In this document: positions 11,600 to 24,400 of the stretch, in pieces | Numbering within the stretch: the stretch's first letter is position 1 | How the letters are laid out: every line of letters begins with the position of its first letter | DNA from: Klebsormidium nitens | Taxonomy: Eukaryota; Plantae; Klebsormidiophyceae | Assembly: GCA_000708835.1 (NCBI GenBank) | Contig: DF237597.1 | Span: 1-47,542 of the forward strand | Reading direction: 5' to 3' | DNA: 47,542 nucleotides | Made by a program: the position numbers and the translations under genes | The notes under the pieces: generated by a model | Databases searched by the model: none | What the model was told of the DNA's origin: nothing | The model's input: the letters and a program-made list of their open reading frames with translations, nothing else

Positions 11600-12150
11600 A
11601 ACTGAAGTTGGAAAGAATGCTCGCCCTGCTGCCAGTCGCGCAGCTCGCTGCTCAGCTTTCTTCTGCGCAGCAGATTCCGGAATTCAGCTTGTCACGTTCT
11701 TGGATTTGAAAATCCGGCGCAGACACCGTCCGCAGAACGGACTCGGACGTGACTCAGTCAGGCTACGCGGCCGGGGCTTAAGCCCCGGTCTGGTCGAACG
11801 CCGAGATGCGGTGACCTATTGTAGTCCCGGTACTACAGTCTAGGACCCGGGCCGGCGTCCATCGACTACGCGGTACTAACGGTAGGGCTGTCTGCAGTGC
11901 AGAGCATGCGGACGATGTCTCCGCGAAGTTCGAAAACCTCCTCGCCGCCAGCGGGCCGGCCGCCGGCCTTCGGTGCCAGACTGCGGCCGGCCGGCGCGCG
12001 CCCGGACGCGCGCGCCGCGCGCTTACTTCATGCGAACGTTTGCAGCAATGATCGGACGTACTCATAGCCTGTAGCACTTGGTTCGCGCGACACTCGCGTC
12101 TGGCACTGGGCGGCCTGTGGCCGCCGGTCCGCGGCCGGGCCAGGCCCAAC
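11600..12150. promoter_or_regulatory. GC/CpG-rich divergent promoter region between GH43 (-) and the small + gene
   Basis: Lies between head-to-head start codons (11528 and 12713). Very GC-rich, with (CG)n and GGCC runs at about 11945-12025. A candidate 5'UTR intron follows at about 12235-12650. Confidence 0.5.
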
Positions 12151-12712
12151 AAATCAAGATCTGTTGGTGAGGAGGTGACGAAGGAGAGTTGAAGCCGACG
12201 TCGCCCTCTAGCTTATGAACAATGAAAGCCTAAGGTAACTTTGCTTGAGAAACGGGTGGCCTTTCATGCACGAGCGTTAGAACTGATGTCAGCAATCTAC
12301 TTTCATGCAGACCGCATGCAAAGTGACCAGCAGAAAGGGCGCTCTTTGAGCGGCGCAGCCAACTAATTTTGAAGGTCACTGAGAGAGAAGCTCCAGCAAA
12401 GATCCCCCTTCTCCTTCGCTCGAAGATTGTGCAGGTTGCATGGAGCGACTTCTGCTATTAAAGAAAAGCTTCTGCTTCTGCTTTTGCTTTCTGATATTGA
12501 CACCTGGCTGTGGGCGCGCGAGCGTGGCAAGCAGTCTGACAATAAGCAGAGTGGCCATTCCACACCTTCTAAAAAACTTGGTTTCGCATGGAACTTCTTA
12601 TCAAAGCCTGGCCTTTCGACGAGAGCCGCAAACGACGTTTTCCCGCAGGCCAGCGCGCTCGACAACGAGATCGCAGTTCCTAATTTTAACGGAAAGTCGT
12701 TCCACAACTAGA

Positions 12713-14011
12713 ATGGCGGCGCGCTTCCGCGCCATCCTGCAGGCGGTCAAGGTGGTGCAAGGCCTCACGCGAGCGCTTCGAGAGATGAAACCTCGTGCGA
12801 GGAGCAGCGTCTCACGCAATGCGCCATCGAGCGCCGAGCTCGAGGTGGGCCCTAGCTTCCTCGCTGGCTTCAGAAATCTTCTCTTCCTCGCAGAACAAGC
12901 CACAGACTTCTTCATCAGCTCGGTCTTTAAATCTAAATCGAAAGAAACTTCCGACGTTTTCAGAGTATCGTGAATTTAATAGGAACTTGACAAACATCAA
13001 GCGGTTTGCAGCCTTACTTCCTCAGATCGACCCAAGTATCTTGGATCGGGGATCGCTACAATGCAACATGGATTTTCAAGCATTCGAGGTTGTCACAATG
13101 GACTGGGCCCGCGGTTCAATGCTATGAACAGGGAGCATCCTCTTCAAGCGGCCTCGCTTTGGAAAGGTGTCGGTCTGCAGACAACAGCTCAGATTCTCTA
13201 GTTTGTCAAGCATCCATGCAACGTGATTGGAATCTGCACGATTCTAGTACTGAGCGTCGGGTCAGTCGGTTCTTCTCCGTATGCAGAAGAAAACATTCGT
13301 CGAACTCGCCACAAGTGTGTTCCCGGTCATGATTGTTTTTTTCTTACCCTGTTGGGTAACCTCTTCTCGAAGCTCTTCTGCCCGACCTCGCAACTACATG
13401 CAAATGTGTCTTTCTTTTGGGTTCTCTTTTGACATCTTTGCTTCTGAGCTTTCGAAGAAGGGCCAAGGTCCATCGTTCCAAATGCCGGAGAGGATACGTT
13501 TCAATCTCTCAGGACGAAGCACACGCCAAGCTCCAGTACAGCAAAACATTGACAACAAGCCGCCCCGGCCGAAATCAGGAAAAGGAGTCATCAGCCTTTA
13601 TCTTGTGAGTATCTTGTTAAGCTCAGTCTCATGAGACAAGGATCATGCATGACCGAATCCTGATTCAACATTCAGCAAACCTCGGCTGATACTTTTGCCT
13701 CATTGCTACCATGGATTATATTACCCGCTGTGATTCCCCTGTCATGATTGCAGGCGGCGCTGGAGTTTTCGGACTCTTCGGATGCCGGCGTGCCGAAGCT
13801 GGATCCGGACGTCGTCCGCCGGTGGGAGCACCAGGGGGAGGTTGCCACGTGGCACCGCGAGCGCCGGCGTTTCTCGCTGAGGGTGGTAACGTTCGCGTAC
13901 GTCATGATAGCAACTACGTCGCTCGCGCAGTACTGGGCGATGCGGCACAGAAGGAAGAGGATGCAACAATTGGCCAACGCAGAGCTTCCTCCCGACGGCG
14001 AAATGACCTGA
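12713..14011 (+). CDS. Small orphan single-pass membrane protein, possibly mitochondrial (129 aa, or 178 aa with the middle exon)
   Basis: Exon 12713-12844 (MAARFRAILQAVKVVQGLTRALREMK...AELE|gtgggc) joins in phase 0 to 13754-14011 (attgcag|AALEFS...FSLRVVTFAYVMIATTSLAQYWAMRHRRKR...*). An optional in-frame 147-nt exon lies at 13458-13604 (ends CTT|gtgagt). Arg-rich amphipathic N-terminus and one hydrophobic helix. Confidence 0.6.
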
Positions 14012-15414
14012 TCTTTTATGACCTTGAACTGAGGCTTGGTGGAAAAGGCTCGCCATTAAACTAATCATATGAGGAGCATGAAGCGCAATGAATTAAGATT
14101 TATTGTAACAGGCTCTGCGCATAGTGCGGCTCCTTGACTTGCGCATGCTGAAAGACTTCGGGCCAACGACTTGCCCGGCTTCATGATAATACAGAGCGAA
14201 CGGATGATCAGCCATGAGGATGCCAGCGAATAATCATCATTGGCCGCCTCCCTCGAAGTCACATGCCTCTCTGCTGCTGACATCTCAGAATCAACTTCCC
14301 CTGAGCCGCCGTCGTCCCTCCGACTTGAAACTCGTGGAAAACCTGCGCTTGGTCGGCCATCATTGTCTGCATATCAAGCTGAATCTGCATGAATGAATGA
14401 TAGTAGTTCGCATGTCATGGGCCGGGTCATGTGTCACGCCCGATTGTGTCATGCTGTGGTGCCGACATGATCTAGCACCGAGATGGTCTGTCGCGACACA
14501 TGATCCAATTGGCCCAATTGGCCGCGCGCATGACATCATTTTCATGCACATCCTATGCGGGCCAACATCCCGATCAAGCTCATTATTTGACTGAGTCCCG
14601 CCCAAGTGCAAGCTATAGTACGCGGCGGCTGCCGGGCCGGTCCAGGCCGGGGGGCCGCACGTATATGCGGCGGGGCCATTAAAGGTACCATCCTGCCCGC
14701 GGCTAAATCGAATGACTGTATGTGTATGTCAAGCTCAAGTAAGTGTATATATATGCGCCCAAGTACGTGTATATGCGTGGCCAAGGGCTCTCGCTCGAGC
14801 TGTCGACCGATCGCAGGCGGTGCAGTATAGCTTAACCTTATATGTGACGTATATACATATATGCGGGCCATACCTGTAATCGAACGATTGAAACGTGCGC
14901 GCTGCATGCAGCTTCAAGGACCATGGCGCGGCCAGTGATTGACGTGCGCGGGCCGGCGTGCTGCGCGTGCGCACTCTGTCAAAATGGGCACATGCATAAT
15001 ATATTGCATTTGATTGCAATGATGCGCAGAGCCAAGTGGTATTGACAGGTATCCGAGCCGGCGTATGATGCAGGTGGTCACCACTTGAAGTTCTTTTTTC
15101 ATTAGCCACCGGGTTATTTGAGAGCTTGATTAGCTGCATGATGGCCCAGCGAGACGTGTGCTTTCACAGAGTCGCTTGCCACACATGTGTGAGGTATCAA
15201 AAGCACGACTTCGACTGTTCGACTACTCAGACATGGTCCAATGATAACGAAGTTCTTCCTGATTTGCGAAAGCAGCGTACTATCCAAAGTATTCGGCCAG
15301 AATTGCTTCTTGCCATTTTAAAAGACGCAACGTGCTCGTAACCGCTGTAGTTCAAATCTATCGCTGGCCCCTTGTTGCAAGCCCCTTCTATCCACTTCCC
15401 CCAGTCCGCTCCCC

Positions 15415-18400
15415 TCAGTCTGCTATTCGTTCGTAGAACAATACTTGTGGCTGCAAATGACCCCGGCAGCATGCCCGCATCACGTCGTCCCAGCTTCCGA
15501 TCAACTGCAGAGGGAATGGAAGTCATCAGTCCAAATCTTTGGCCTTTTGGTGAACCACCCCCGGCATTCGTAATCCTTTCAGGGCGACAAAGAAGTCAGC
15601 ATAGAGCACGAGCGCCTCCGCAGTGAAATTGTGACACCCCCTTACGTGGCGGCAAATTTGGTCACGTTCCAGCACGCAAACTGCTACTTTGTTAGGAGAA
15701 CCATCGCAAACGACAAGAAGCGGACAGAAATGACACTAAATCCAGCAGCAGTCAATCATTGTGGCCTCACCTTGACGGCGTATCGTCGAACATGACCTAG
15801 CAAGCTCCTGGTTGTTGGAAAAGTAGCTCACGTCCAATACTGATACACTCAATGCTTGACTTGACACCAACTTGACACCAACTTGACACCAAATCAAAAC
15901 GAGCTCTGTCAACGCAGCCTCACCTTGACGGTGGTGTCGTCGAACATGACCCAGCGCGCGAGCTCCTGGTTGTAGGCGAAGCAGTGGTAGTGCTGGCCGT
16001 AGTAGCAGACGACCGACACGAGGCGGTGCCGCAACCCGCTCAGCGCGCCCGAGTACACCGTCAGAACGTCGATGTCCACATCAATCGCGGATACAGTCGC
16101 GGCGATGTCGTCGATGCTCTCGCGGCTAGTTTGCCATCCCAGGACTGTAGACATAGACACGAGTTCAGCATTCTGGATGGTCATATTCTTGAAGTCTTGA
16201 CGTCATGATATGCTTCGGAAACTTAGTTCTGAAGTGTAGACGTCGTACTTTCGGGTTCTGTGAGTTTATTATTCAATTGATGCCGGGCGATCACGGAGGA
16301 ACATCGTCAATGCTCGCAGCTGGTCTGCACATCCCAGGACGAGGGCGAGGAGTAAGATCGTTTTGCTGGGATGCGGTCTTCCTCTCCTTTAAACGGCACG
16401 AAGGAGGACGACTCCACTCTCGAAACAGGGGATGCTTCCACTTTGCCAATCATTCCTTCCAAGGGCAGCCGCCACAGCCCAGATGAAGGAACAAGGCGAA
16501 CGTCCCAACCTTACGACGTTGCCTCCACGGATCCTAAGGACTGCAATTGCTGTCAAACACTTTGTGCTGCCTCACGCCAGACGCGTCCCAAATGATGGAC
16601 GAGAGACAAGGAAACAGATCAAACCCATCCCGCCAAAAAAGCTGCCGAGCCTTTCCAAACGACAAGGGAACCACTTCTGTTTAGAGGGTTACCAAGACCG
16701 GGAGCTGCTTCAAACAAACTCCATGCGCGCTCACCCGTGGTGAAGACTTGCGGCGTGGCGCGCAGCTCGTACTGCATGCGGTTGACCTTGTTGCAGCCGC
16801 CGATGTCGGGGTCGCATGGCAGGTCGTGGTGGTGGTCGATGCAGTTGAGCAGCTCCGCCAGCGTGTGGTTCGGCTCCAGGCCCTGCAGCAGAGTGACGTC
16901 ACAGCATTCAGATTAATGACCTAGAAGGCGTACGAGGTGACTTTACAGTAGTAAATGACAGGACGAGTTTGTGGTAGTATATGCAATTGAGCTCCGCCAG
17001 AGTGTGGTTCGGCTCCAGGCCCTGCAACAAAGTGACGTCAGCATGGCGTTGTATCATGAATTATGAAACACCAGATATCGAAACGCTATTCTGGGCTTTT
17101 ATGGGTGTTGAGCAGCTATGCGGCGACAGGTTCAGCTCCAATCCCTACGAAATTCGGCTCAGAATGTTTATCACTGCGTCAAAGTTGGACGAATTTTGAA
17201 ACCCACCTTCTCTCACCGTAGCGTGCTCGCTCTCATGTTGTGGAACTACGGCACGTACTTGAGCTTGCGACATGCCTGCCTGATCAAACCCAACTTCAAG
17301 CCTCACCTGAAGCTCAAGATCAAACCCTGCAACCACAAACCCAAATTATACTGCAAACCCACCTTTTCTCGCCGCAGCGCGCTCGCATTGATGTTGTGGA
17401 AGTACGACGTGTACTTGAGCTTGCGGCTCGCCAGCTGGCAGTTGTTGCACTGCATCTCCTCCGCGACATCAAGCCCGAACAAATCGTGCACGATACACCG
17501 CCGCAGCTGCGTGCAAGTCCAGCCGTCGGGCTTGGCCTCTTCGTCGGAGCTTGCGTATTCCTGCCCGGGGGGCGCCGTGTAGGCCTTGTGCATCGCGTCG
17601 AATACGGCGTCCAGCACCTCGGACGCGTCGTTCATTTGGCCCTGGGGAAGAAAAAGGACGGAGTTTCAGAGATTATAATCCGAGGTTTTCAAGTTTGAAA
17701 CTTTGGGGGAGAATGAGGCTGATACTCAGCAGACATCGCCATGATTTGACAGCTTCCTGCCCTTCTAAATGACCAAAACATGAGCGCTCTCTTGTTTTGA
17801 GGTGCCCAGAAAACTCCACAATCTGAACGATCACAACGCCAGCCCAGCGTCGTTCATCTGGCCCTCGAAGGGAATGAGGACCGAGGACAAGAGCCGCACT
17901 GTAGCGGCTTCCTGCACCAAAAACGACCAGAAAAACGATCGCGCTCTCTAGTTCGCAACGAAAAGGAGCCCATTATTCCGAAGGGGCTGTAGTCATGGCC
18001 AGCTCAATTGCTGAAGAGGAGGCCACCCTGACTGATGACCCACCTCCTGGAAGAAGTTGGTTTCGGAGTACATGGCGTCGAGCGCCATGCGCAGCGGCGT
18101 CGGGTCCACCGCGCCCTGCTGCCCCGGGCCGGGCGCCCGGTTGTCGAGCGCCGTGAAGATCTCGCGCAGCGCGCACACCACGCACGGGTGGCCCACGTGG
18201 GCGTGGGCTTCGCTGGAGCGGTCCAGCAGGCGCCTGGAAGGAAACGAGATGGTTCGCTGCATTCATTGACACGTTACTTCGATTTGCAGCCCCTAAAGTT
18301 GTGAAGTTTAGTTGCATTCATTGAGAGATGGAATATTTTGTAGGGCTCTAGCCTTCTCCGGTTTTTTGATGCGAGGGCGCATTTTGCAGGGTTCTAAGGT

Positions 18401-21400
18401 TGTGAAGTTTCTCTTATGTTCAATCAAGTGCAACACTGGGGGTGGCATATGCCTAGCTCGATCGGCTCGACCCAGACAACCCTAACGGATGCCGTCAAGC
18501 AGAATGAGCATAGTGGAGACCGAAGTGCAACCTATGGAATAAGACGCCCCCTTTTTGGAAGCGCCCATCGCTCGTGGGCTTGATTACTACAGAAGTCGGA
18601 ACACAAGCCCTTAAGACTCTCCTTGGCTACGCTCAGCCTTTGATTTTGACCCTCTATCCCAAAAACTCGCCCCAGGCGCTCACCTGCGGAAGCTCCTCAA
18701 GTGCCACAGCGACTGGATGACGACGTTCAGGAAGCAGTTGTACTGCCCCGTCTCGTTCACCAGCCCCTTGCCCGCAACCGTCTCCTGCAGGCCCGTCTCG
18801 GCGCCAGCTGGCGCGCTGCCATTGGCCGAGGGGGGCGCACGTCCGGGGGGGTACGCGGGGCGGGAGGGAGCGCCTGACGCTTGCAGGGACTGCTGCATCG
18901 CGAGCCGGATGTCGGCCTGGAAGCGCTTGTCGTCCTCCGGGATCGCGCCATCTGGCCGATCCTGTGGCTGGGAGCGAGGGGAAAACAGGTTGTTAGGTTT
19001 TTGTGGGCGGTTCCAAAGGAGATGCAGTGAGCGATACGACTGGCTAGGGGACCACAGGCTCTCCAATCCTGTGAAGGCAAAGCAGACCTGACATAAAACA
19101 AGGCGCTTTGCGAGAACCAGTCTACTAAAAGCCTTAGCAAAGGTAACTTTGCCAGCATCGACTGGGGCCCTTTTTCTAACATCCAGCAGGGGTATTGTCC
19201 AGTAGGACTTCATTCCATCTGTCCACAAGAACGAGTTCAATCTCCACACGAAAGAGGTTCGGAGCGTGCCAGCAGCTTCCAAGCAGTATACTCGGGCCAA
19301 AGAGCAGAACTTTGCGATGGAACTTTCAACCAAAACCAGGCCGAATAGCGCGCTAACAAACAATGAAGCATTTCTAAGGAGCTGCAGCACTCACACGCTC
19401 CCCGTCCTGCCCGCTCCCGTTCACCCGATTATCCGCCGGCAGTCCCGTGCGCAGCGCGGCCGCAAACCCGTTGTCCGGCTTCTGACCACTCGGCAGCAGC
19501 ATGCTCATCAGGTTCGACACGTCGGGCTCCTCCTCCGCTACCCCTGGCAGGCCGCCATTGGCCCGCGCGTCCTGCGCCTCCCACCCGGTCGGCCCGCCGA
19601 GAGACAGTGACGTCATGTCGGCGTCGTTATTCTGGGGCTGGTGCCACTGTGGGGAGCTCCCGTTGCCGTTCGCTTGACCCCCCCGGTACACTTCCGGCGA
19701 GTCGGGGTAGTACGCGGCAGTCCGGCGCTGTGCGAGCGCCGCCTGTTGTTGGTCTTTTAACGAGCGGGGGTTTTGGGGTTTTGGCTGGTTGCCGCGCGAG
19801 CCCGCGACGTGGGACCAGGACGAGGATTTGGAGAGGTCTTCCAGCTGTTGGAACGCGAGGCTGTCCGCTTTTCCGGTGAGGGGGGGGGACGCCGGGGGGG
19901 GGTTGCGGGCGGCGTGCTGATGGTGCTGCGGGTGCTGCACGACGGGGATGCGGGTGGAGTCGTGCCTGCACAACCATTCGGAACAGGGGTTAGGGCAAGG
20001 TATTGGGGTTCAGGGATGGATTTGTAAATCAGGTGTGGGATCTGGGTTCTGGATCTAAAGAGCATGAGAAGAATGAGGCTCATTTGCCGGTCGCGGTTGC
20101 CACCTCAATGCAACTCTTGGAGCTGCATGAGCTGGGAAACCGTCTTGTGCCCCAGCAGGAAACGCAGGCAGGAAGTTCTGCAACGACGTACTAGACAATG
20201 GCGGCCTAAAATCCCTGCAATCGGTTGCCGCGCCATTGCGGGCATCTTAAATCACTTTTAAATAGGCAAGAAGCACCGTCTATTCAAACATGCCTTTGGG
20301 CCTTGACAAGAACTTGCAACAGCATCTGCAATTGATGTCCCTACCTATGAGAGAACAGCTATACAGCGACTCCAACAGCCTGACTTTCGATAAGTTTCAA
20401 GCAGCACCACCCATGATACTTCTTGATTCCTGCCAGCACCCAATTAAACCCCCTTGCCTCTCACCTTTGGCGTGGCCCCTCTCTCATCCCCCCAGTCGTC
20501 ATTGGCCGCCGGCCCTCGTCCGGCCGCCTCTGCTCAGTTTCCGGAGGGCCCGACCGCTTCTCCTCAGATCCCCTGTCATTGTGTGAATGGGCGCCTCGCC
20601 GGCTAGACCCTGCCAGTTCCCACCCTGCATCTGCATCACCGTTCTGCTGCTTGGATCGCCGCTCCGCTTCTTGACGCTCGCTCTCGGCCAGGGCGTGCTT
20701 GAATTGCCGCTGCATGAAGAAGGGCGGCGATTCGGTACTGGCGGATCCCGCAAAAAATGCATCAATTGATCCTGAAAAGAATGCATCAATCGCTAGCCAG
20801 AACCAGAGTCTTTGGCACAACATCTTGGCGCTCCAAACAATGAATCCGCCAAAGTGACTTTTCAACCCGCATTGGAAGTTCTTGGTTCGCACGGTCCTCA
20901 AAGATCCGCAAAATGATTCTTGTTCGTAGGCTTGAGGTTAATGACGACCGGAAGCTTGCAAGGTTCAGACAACCTGGAGTTGGCGAGAGACCTCCTGTAC
21001 AAGTCCCATCAAGTTCCAGTGACTTGACAGGTGGCATGAGCGATTAATGCAGGCCATGAGCTATAAGCTATAAGGCCGATTCAGGAGGCAATTGTTAGCA
21101 GTCACATCAGTAGTTAAGAGTGCTCAGCCTTAAGATGGTATACTGCACCGCACCCAGTCCACTGTCAATTCACGTACAAAGCCCATATCTTGCAAACCGA
21201 CTACAAATTCTGCTTTCATGACATCAAGAAGCATGCGACAAGTCCACAGAAAGCCATGCCAATTTATGAAAAAAGAAAATAAAAACCCGAAACCGCCGCA
21301 TGCTGAGAAAACAGCTCCTTCCAAAATGCAACAGCTCAGAGGAGATCTTGACTAGAGCAAGGGAAATTCAGCGCGCACGGACCTCCTCTTCCTCCTCCCG

Positions 21401-24400
21401 CAAGAGAGCTTCCCGCTCTTGCTGCTCGATCTTTCGGCGTGCTGCAGCGTCCAGGCTCTTGTTCTTCTCTTTCGCCAAGGCTTCCTCCGCCAGACGCTGC
21501 CGCTCCAGATTCGCCGCGAGAAGCCGCTCGTCTTCGTCATCATAAGTCGCCTGCCACAAATATCGACTCCGATTTAGGTTTTCCTATCCAATTTCAATAG
21601 ACTGAAGAACTGGTCGACCGGCACTTGATACTAACAAGCTGTTGAACTAGTGGCCTTCAGAATTGAGGTCAAAGATCCAAGGAAACTGACTTGGCTTTGG
21701 CCGTAAGGCAAAGGCGTCGTCATGATTCGCTTGCAAAAGATGGCCTGGATTGTCATATTTTTACACTAATGACCTAGAAGAATAAGGGACATTGAATAAG
21801 ATGACGTGAAAGAAGCACACAGCGTGACTTTGGCTTTGCCAAAAGGCAACATTATGGGTGATATCAATGTCCGAGGATGACCATTTGAAACTGCCAAGAT
21901 GTGTTTTCTAGCTTTCGCCAAAATACACAAGGTTGTACCATAAGAGGAAAGCCAATCAGGGGCCAAAAGTTGTCGGACAGAGTAGCATAGACTGCACTAA
22001 TCTCGGTGAAGTAGAGTTCGTGGCAATCACCTCTGGTCGTCGAAGCTCGGCCTTTGTCTCCTTGGGGCTGTCTGCCAGCTCTTCCTCGGAGTCCTCGCCC
22101 TCATCGACGTCCCGCTCGGAAAGGGTCGCAGAGGCGACCTTCTGCAAAAAGGACTCGGCGGAATGTTGTTCAGATCGGTTGCTTGAGGGGCACTTCAATC
22201 CATGAAAGGGCTGAGAGACGCAGGTGCTGAGGTCAGCTCCGTCATTCCAGACAAGTAAGGGGCAAAGGGACGCTGCGAAAATGAAGAGCAAAATGCACCG
22301 AGACTAAAACTACGGAATCGCGAAGGTGACTACTAGACGAGCGGAAAGACGAGGCTCCGTTGGAAGAACTTCTATTACGCTACAGAGGTCACTACTGGCT
22401 TCATCGGCCAGGCTTCATCGGCCAAAGAGACGAGTGACCAGGTGTTTTAGATCATACAAAATCCAGTCGAATCATTCCACCAAACTGACTTCAAGAATCC
22501 CAAGCGGAAGACTACTGATTTATGTTGCAAGCAAGGCAGCATACCTTGGTGTCCTTGGACTTTCGCCGGTCCTTCTTCTTGGCGTCCTTTGCCTTGGCCA
22601 CCTTGGCGGGCTCCGCCTTCTTCCCCTCCTTCTCCAGGTCGGACAGGAGCGTCGCCTGCGCCTCGTCCGACTTCCGGATCGCGTCCTCGTCCACGGCCGC
22701 CACCAACTTGTGCTGCAGAGGCCAATCAGCAGGCGTCAGCGACCGGACCAAAGTGACGAGGTTCAGAGTTTTACTGTTCGTTTTTCCGACCTCCCCCGGA
22801 TTTTATGAAATCCAGTTTTTCCAGTTGTCTCCACTCCTTTCGTTGGGCCACCGTCCCCAAAAAGAGATTATGAGCAAGAAATTTGCTCTGAGTGACTGTA
22901 TCCAAGCCAGCGGGTCTCATGTGGAAAAGGAAGTCCGTGACCTTTAAATACCCGCTCTGACTGATCGAGACAAATGAGTCGTCCTGAAACGCACCAAGCA
23001 GCATGCGCAAGTGCGTACAGGAGAGGTCTCTCTTTCGAATTCTCGCTCGGATGGAGCAGAAGACTTTGGCTCGAGCACTAGGCTGGTGCGCCGTCGGAGC
23101 ACAGGCTAGGAAAAGTGGCTTCTAACCTGTATGTGTTGCTTCAGGATGGGGACAATCGCCTGGCGGTAGTCGAACCCGAGGGCCTCTTGGAGGTTAACAT
23201 AACCGAGGGAGATGGCTCGCTGCAGATCCAGGACCCGCTTCTCGATGTTCTCCATCTGCAGACCGAGCATAATTGAACTTGGTCATCTATTTCTAGTCAA
23301 TCAACACCAAAGAGCTTTGGAGACCACCTGGAGGGATTCATTCGGAAACGTATCGGAACGAATCTTTGTGATGACTTTCGCTCAATACTCCAACTTCAGA
23401 CGTTCGACATTTTTGTCGCTTCTCATAGACAGACGCCGACCGAAGATGGGACCAGACAAGCGAAGAAAGGAAGTCGCAGCACTCTCACCCTGGTCTCCAG
23501 CTCTGCGCGCGCGCTGTCGAACGCCGCGCGCACCTTCTTGTTCTTGAACCGCGTCGAGTCGCGCATCCCCAGGATCTCGAACTCGCCCTCGTCCTCCGAC
23601 GAGTCCGGAAGCCCGCGCCCGTTGAGGCGCGCGCGCTGCAAGTGAATCTGCAGCGAGTTGGCCTTGCTCAAAATCATCCGGATCGCCTCCAGGTCCGACT
23701 CGACTTGCCGGCGCTGGTCGCTCTTGTCGGCGCGTCCGGCGAAGGACAGCCGCTCGCGCTGAAGCTCCTCCATGCGGATGCGCAGCACGTTCTGGAACGA
23801 GATCTCGCCGTCGGAGGACGAGGGACTGCTCCGGGGCGTCCGCTGCTCCTCCGCGTTCTTGACCTGCGAGAGAGATCATGTTGCTCTTTGGGGGTTACGG
23901 TGCTTAAGCTCTGATGCGGGAGGAAGCATAGCGTAGCTGGGGAATATTCTTTCGGACAGGCTTGATTTCTAGAAAGGGTTTTGGAGTCGACAGGTTTCCC
24001 CAACTGCTTCATCTTCTTAAAGCTAAGCACACAGCACGGAACCGTGAGACTTTCTTTGAAAACATGTGTCTTGCTTTAGCGGCCTTGACCAGCTAACTCA
24101 GTCCAGGATGGGTCTGAAGTTCCTAAACCGGTGAATGACCTATCCTTGACCTTGAAGCGCTAGGTGCATCTCATATGAAGTCATAATGTGCATGAAGAGC
24201 TCACAACGACAATGGCTGTCCTAGCCATACTAAGGGTTTCAACGTCAACATGTGCCTAAACATTGAGCGTTTAGGGCTCTATCTTCTGACATTTCCGGTT
24301 TCAAAAAGTTCAGATCGTCTACGATAACAGAGTGGATTCTTCGGCTTGTCTAAACCAGACTCGAAATGGCCACTGATTCCGGCATGATACGATTTTCTCA

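Noticed and set aside
16914-21781. Exact 14-mer taatgacctagaag twice (also catggcgtcagcgg at about 46097 and 47515)
   Set aside because: Several 14-mer repeats are expected by chance in 47.5 kb.
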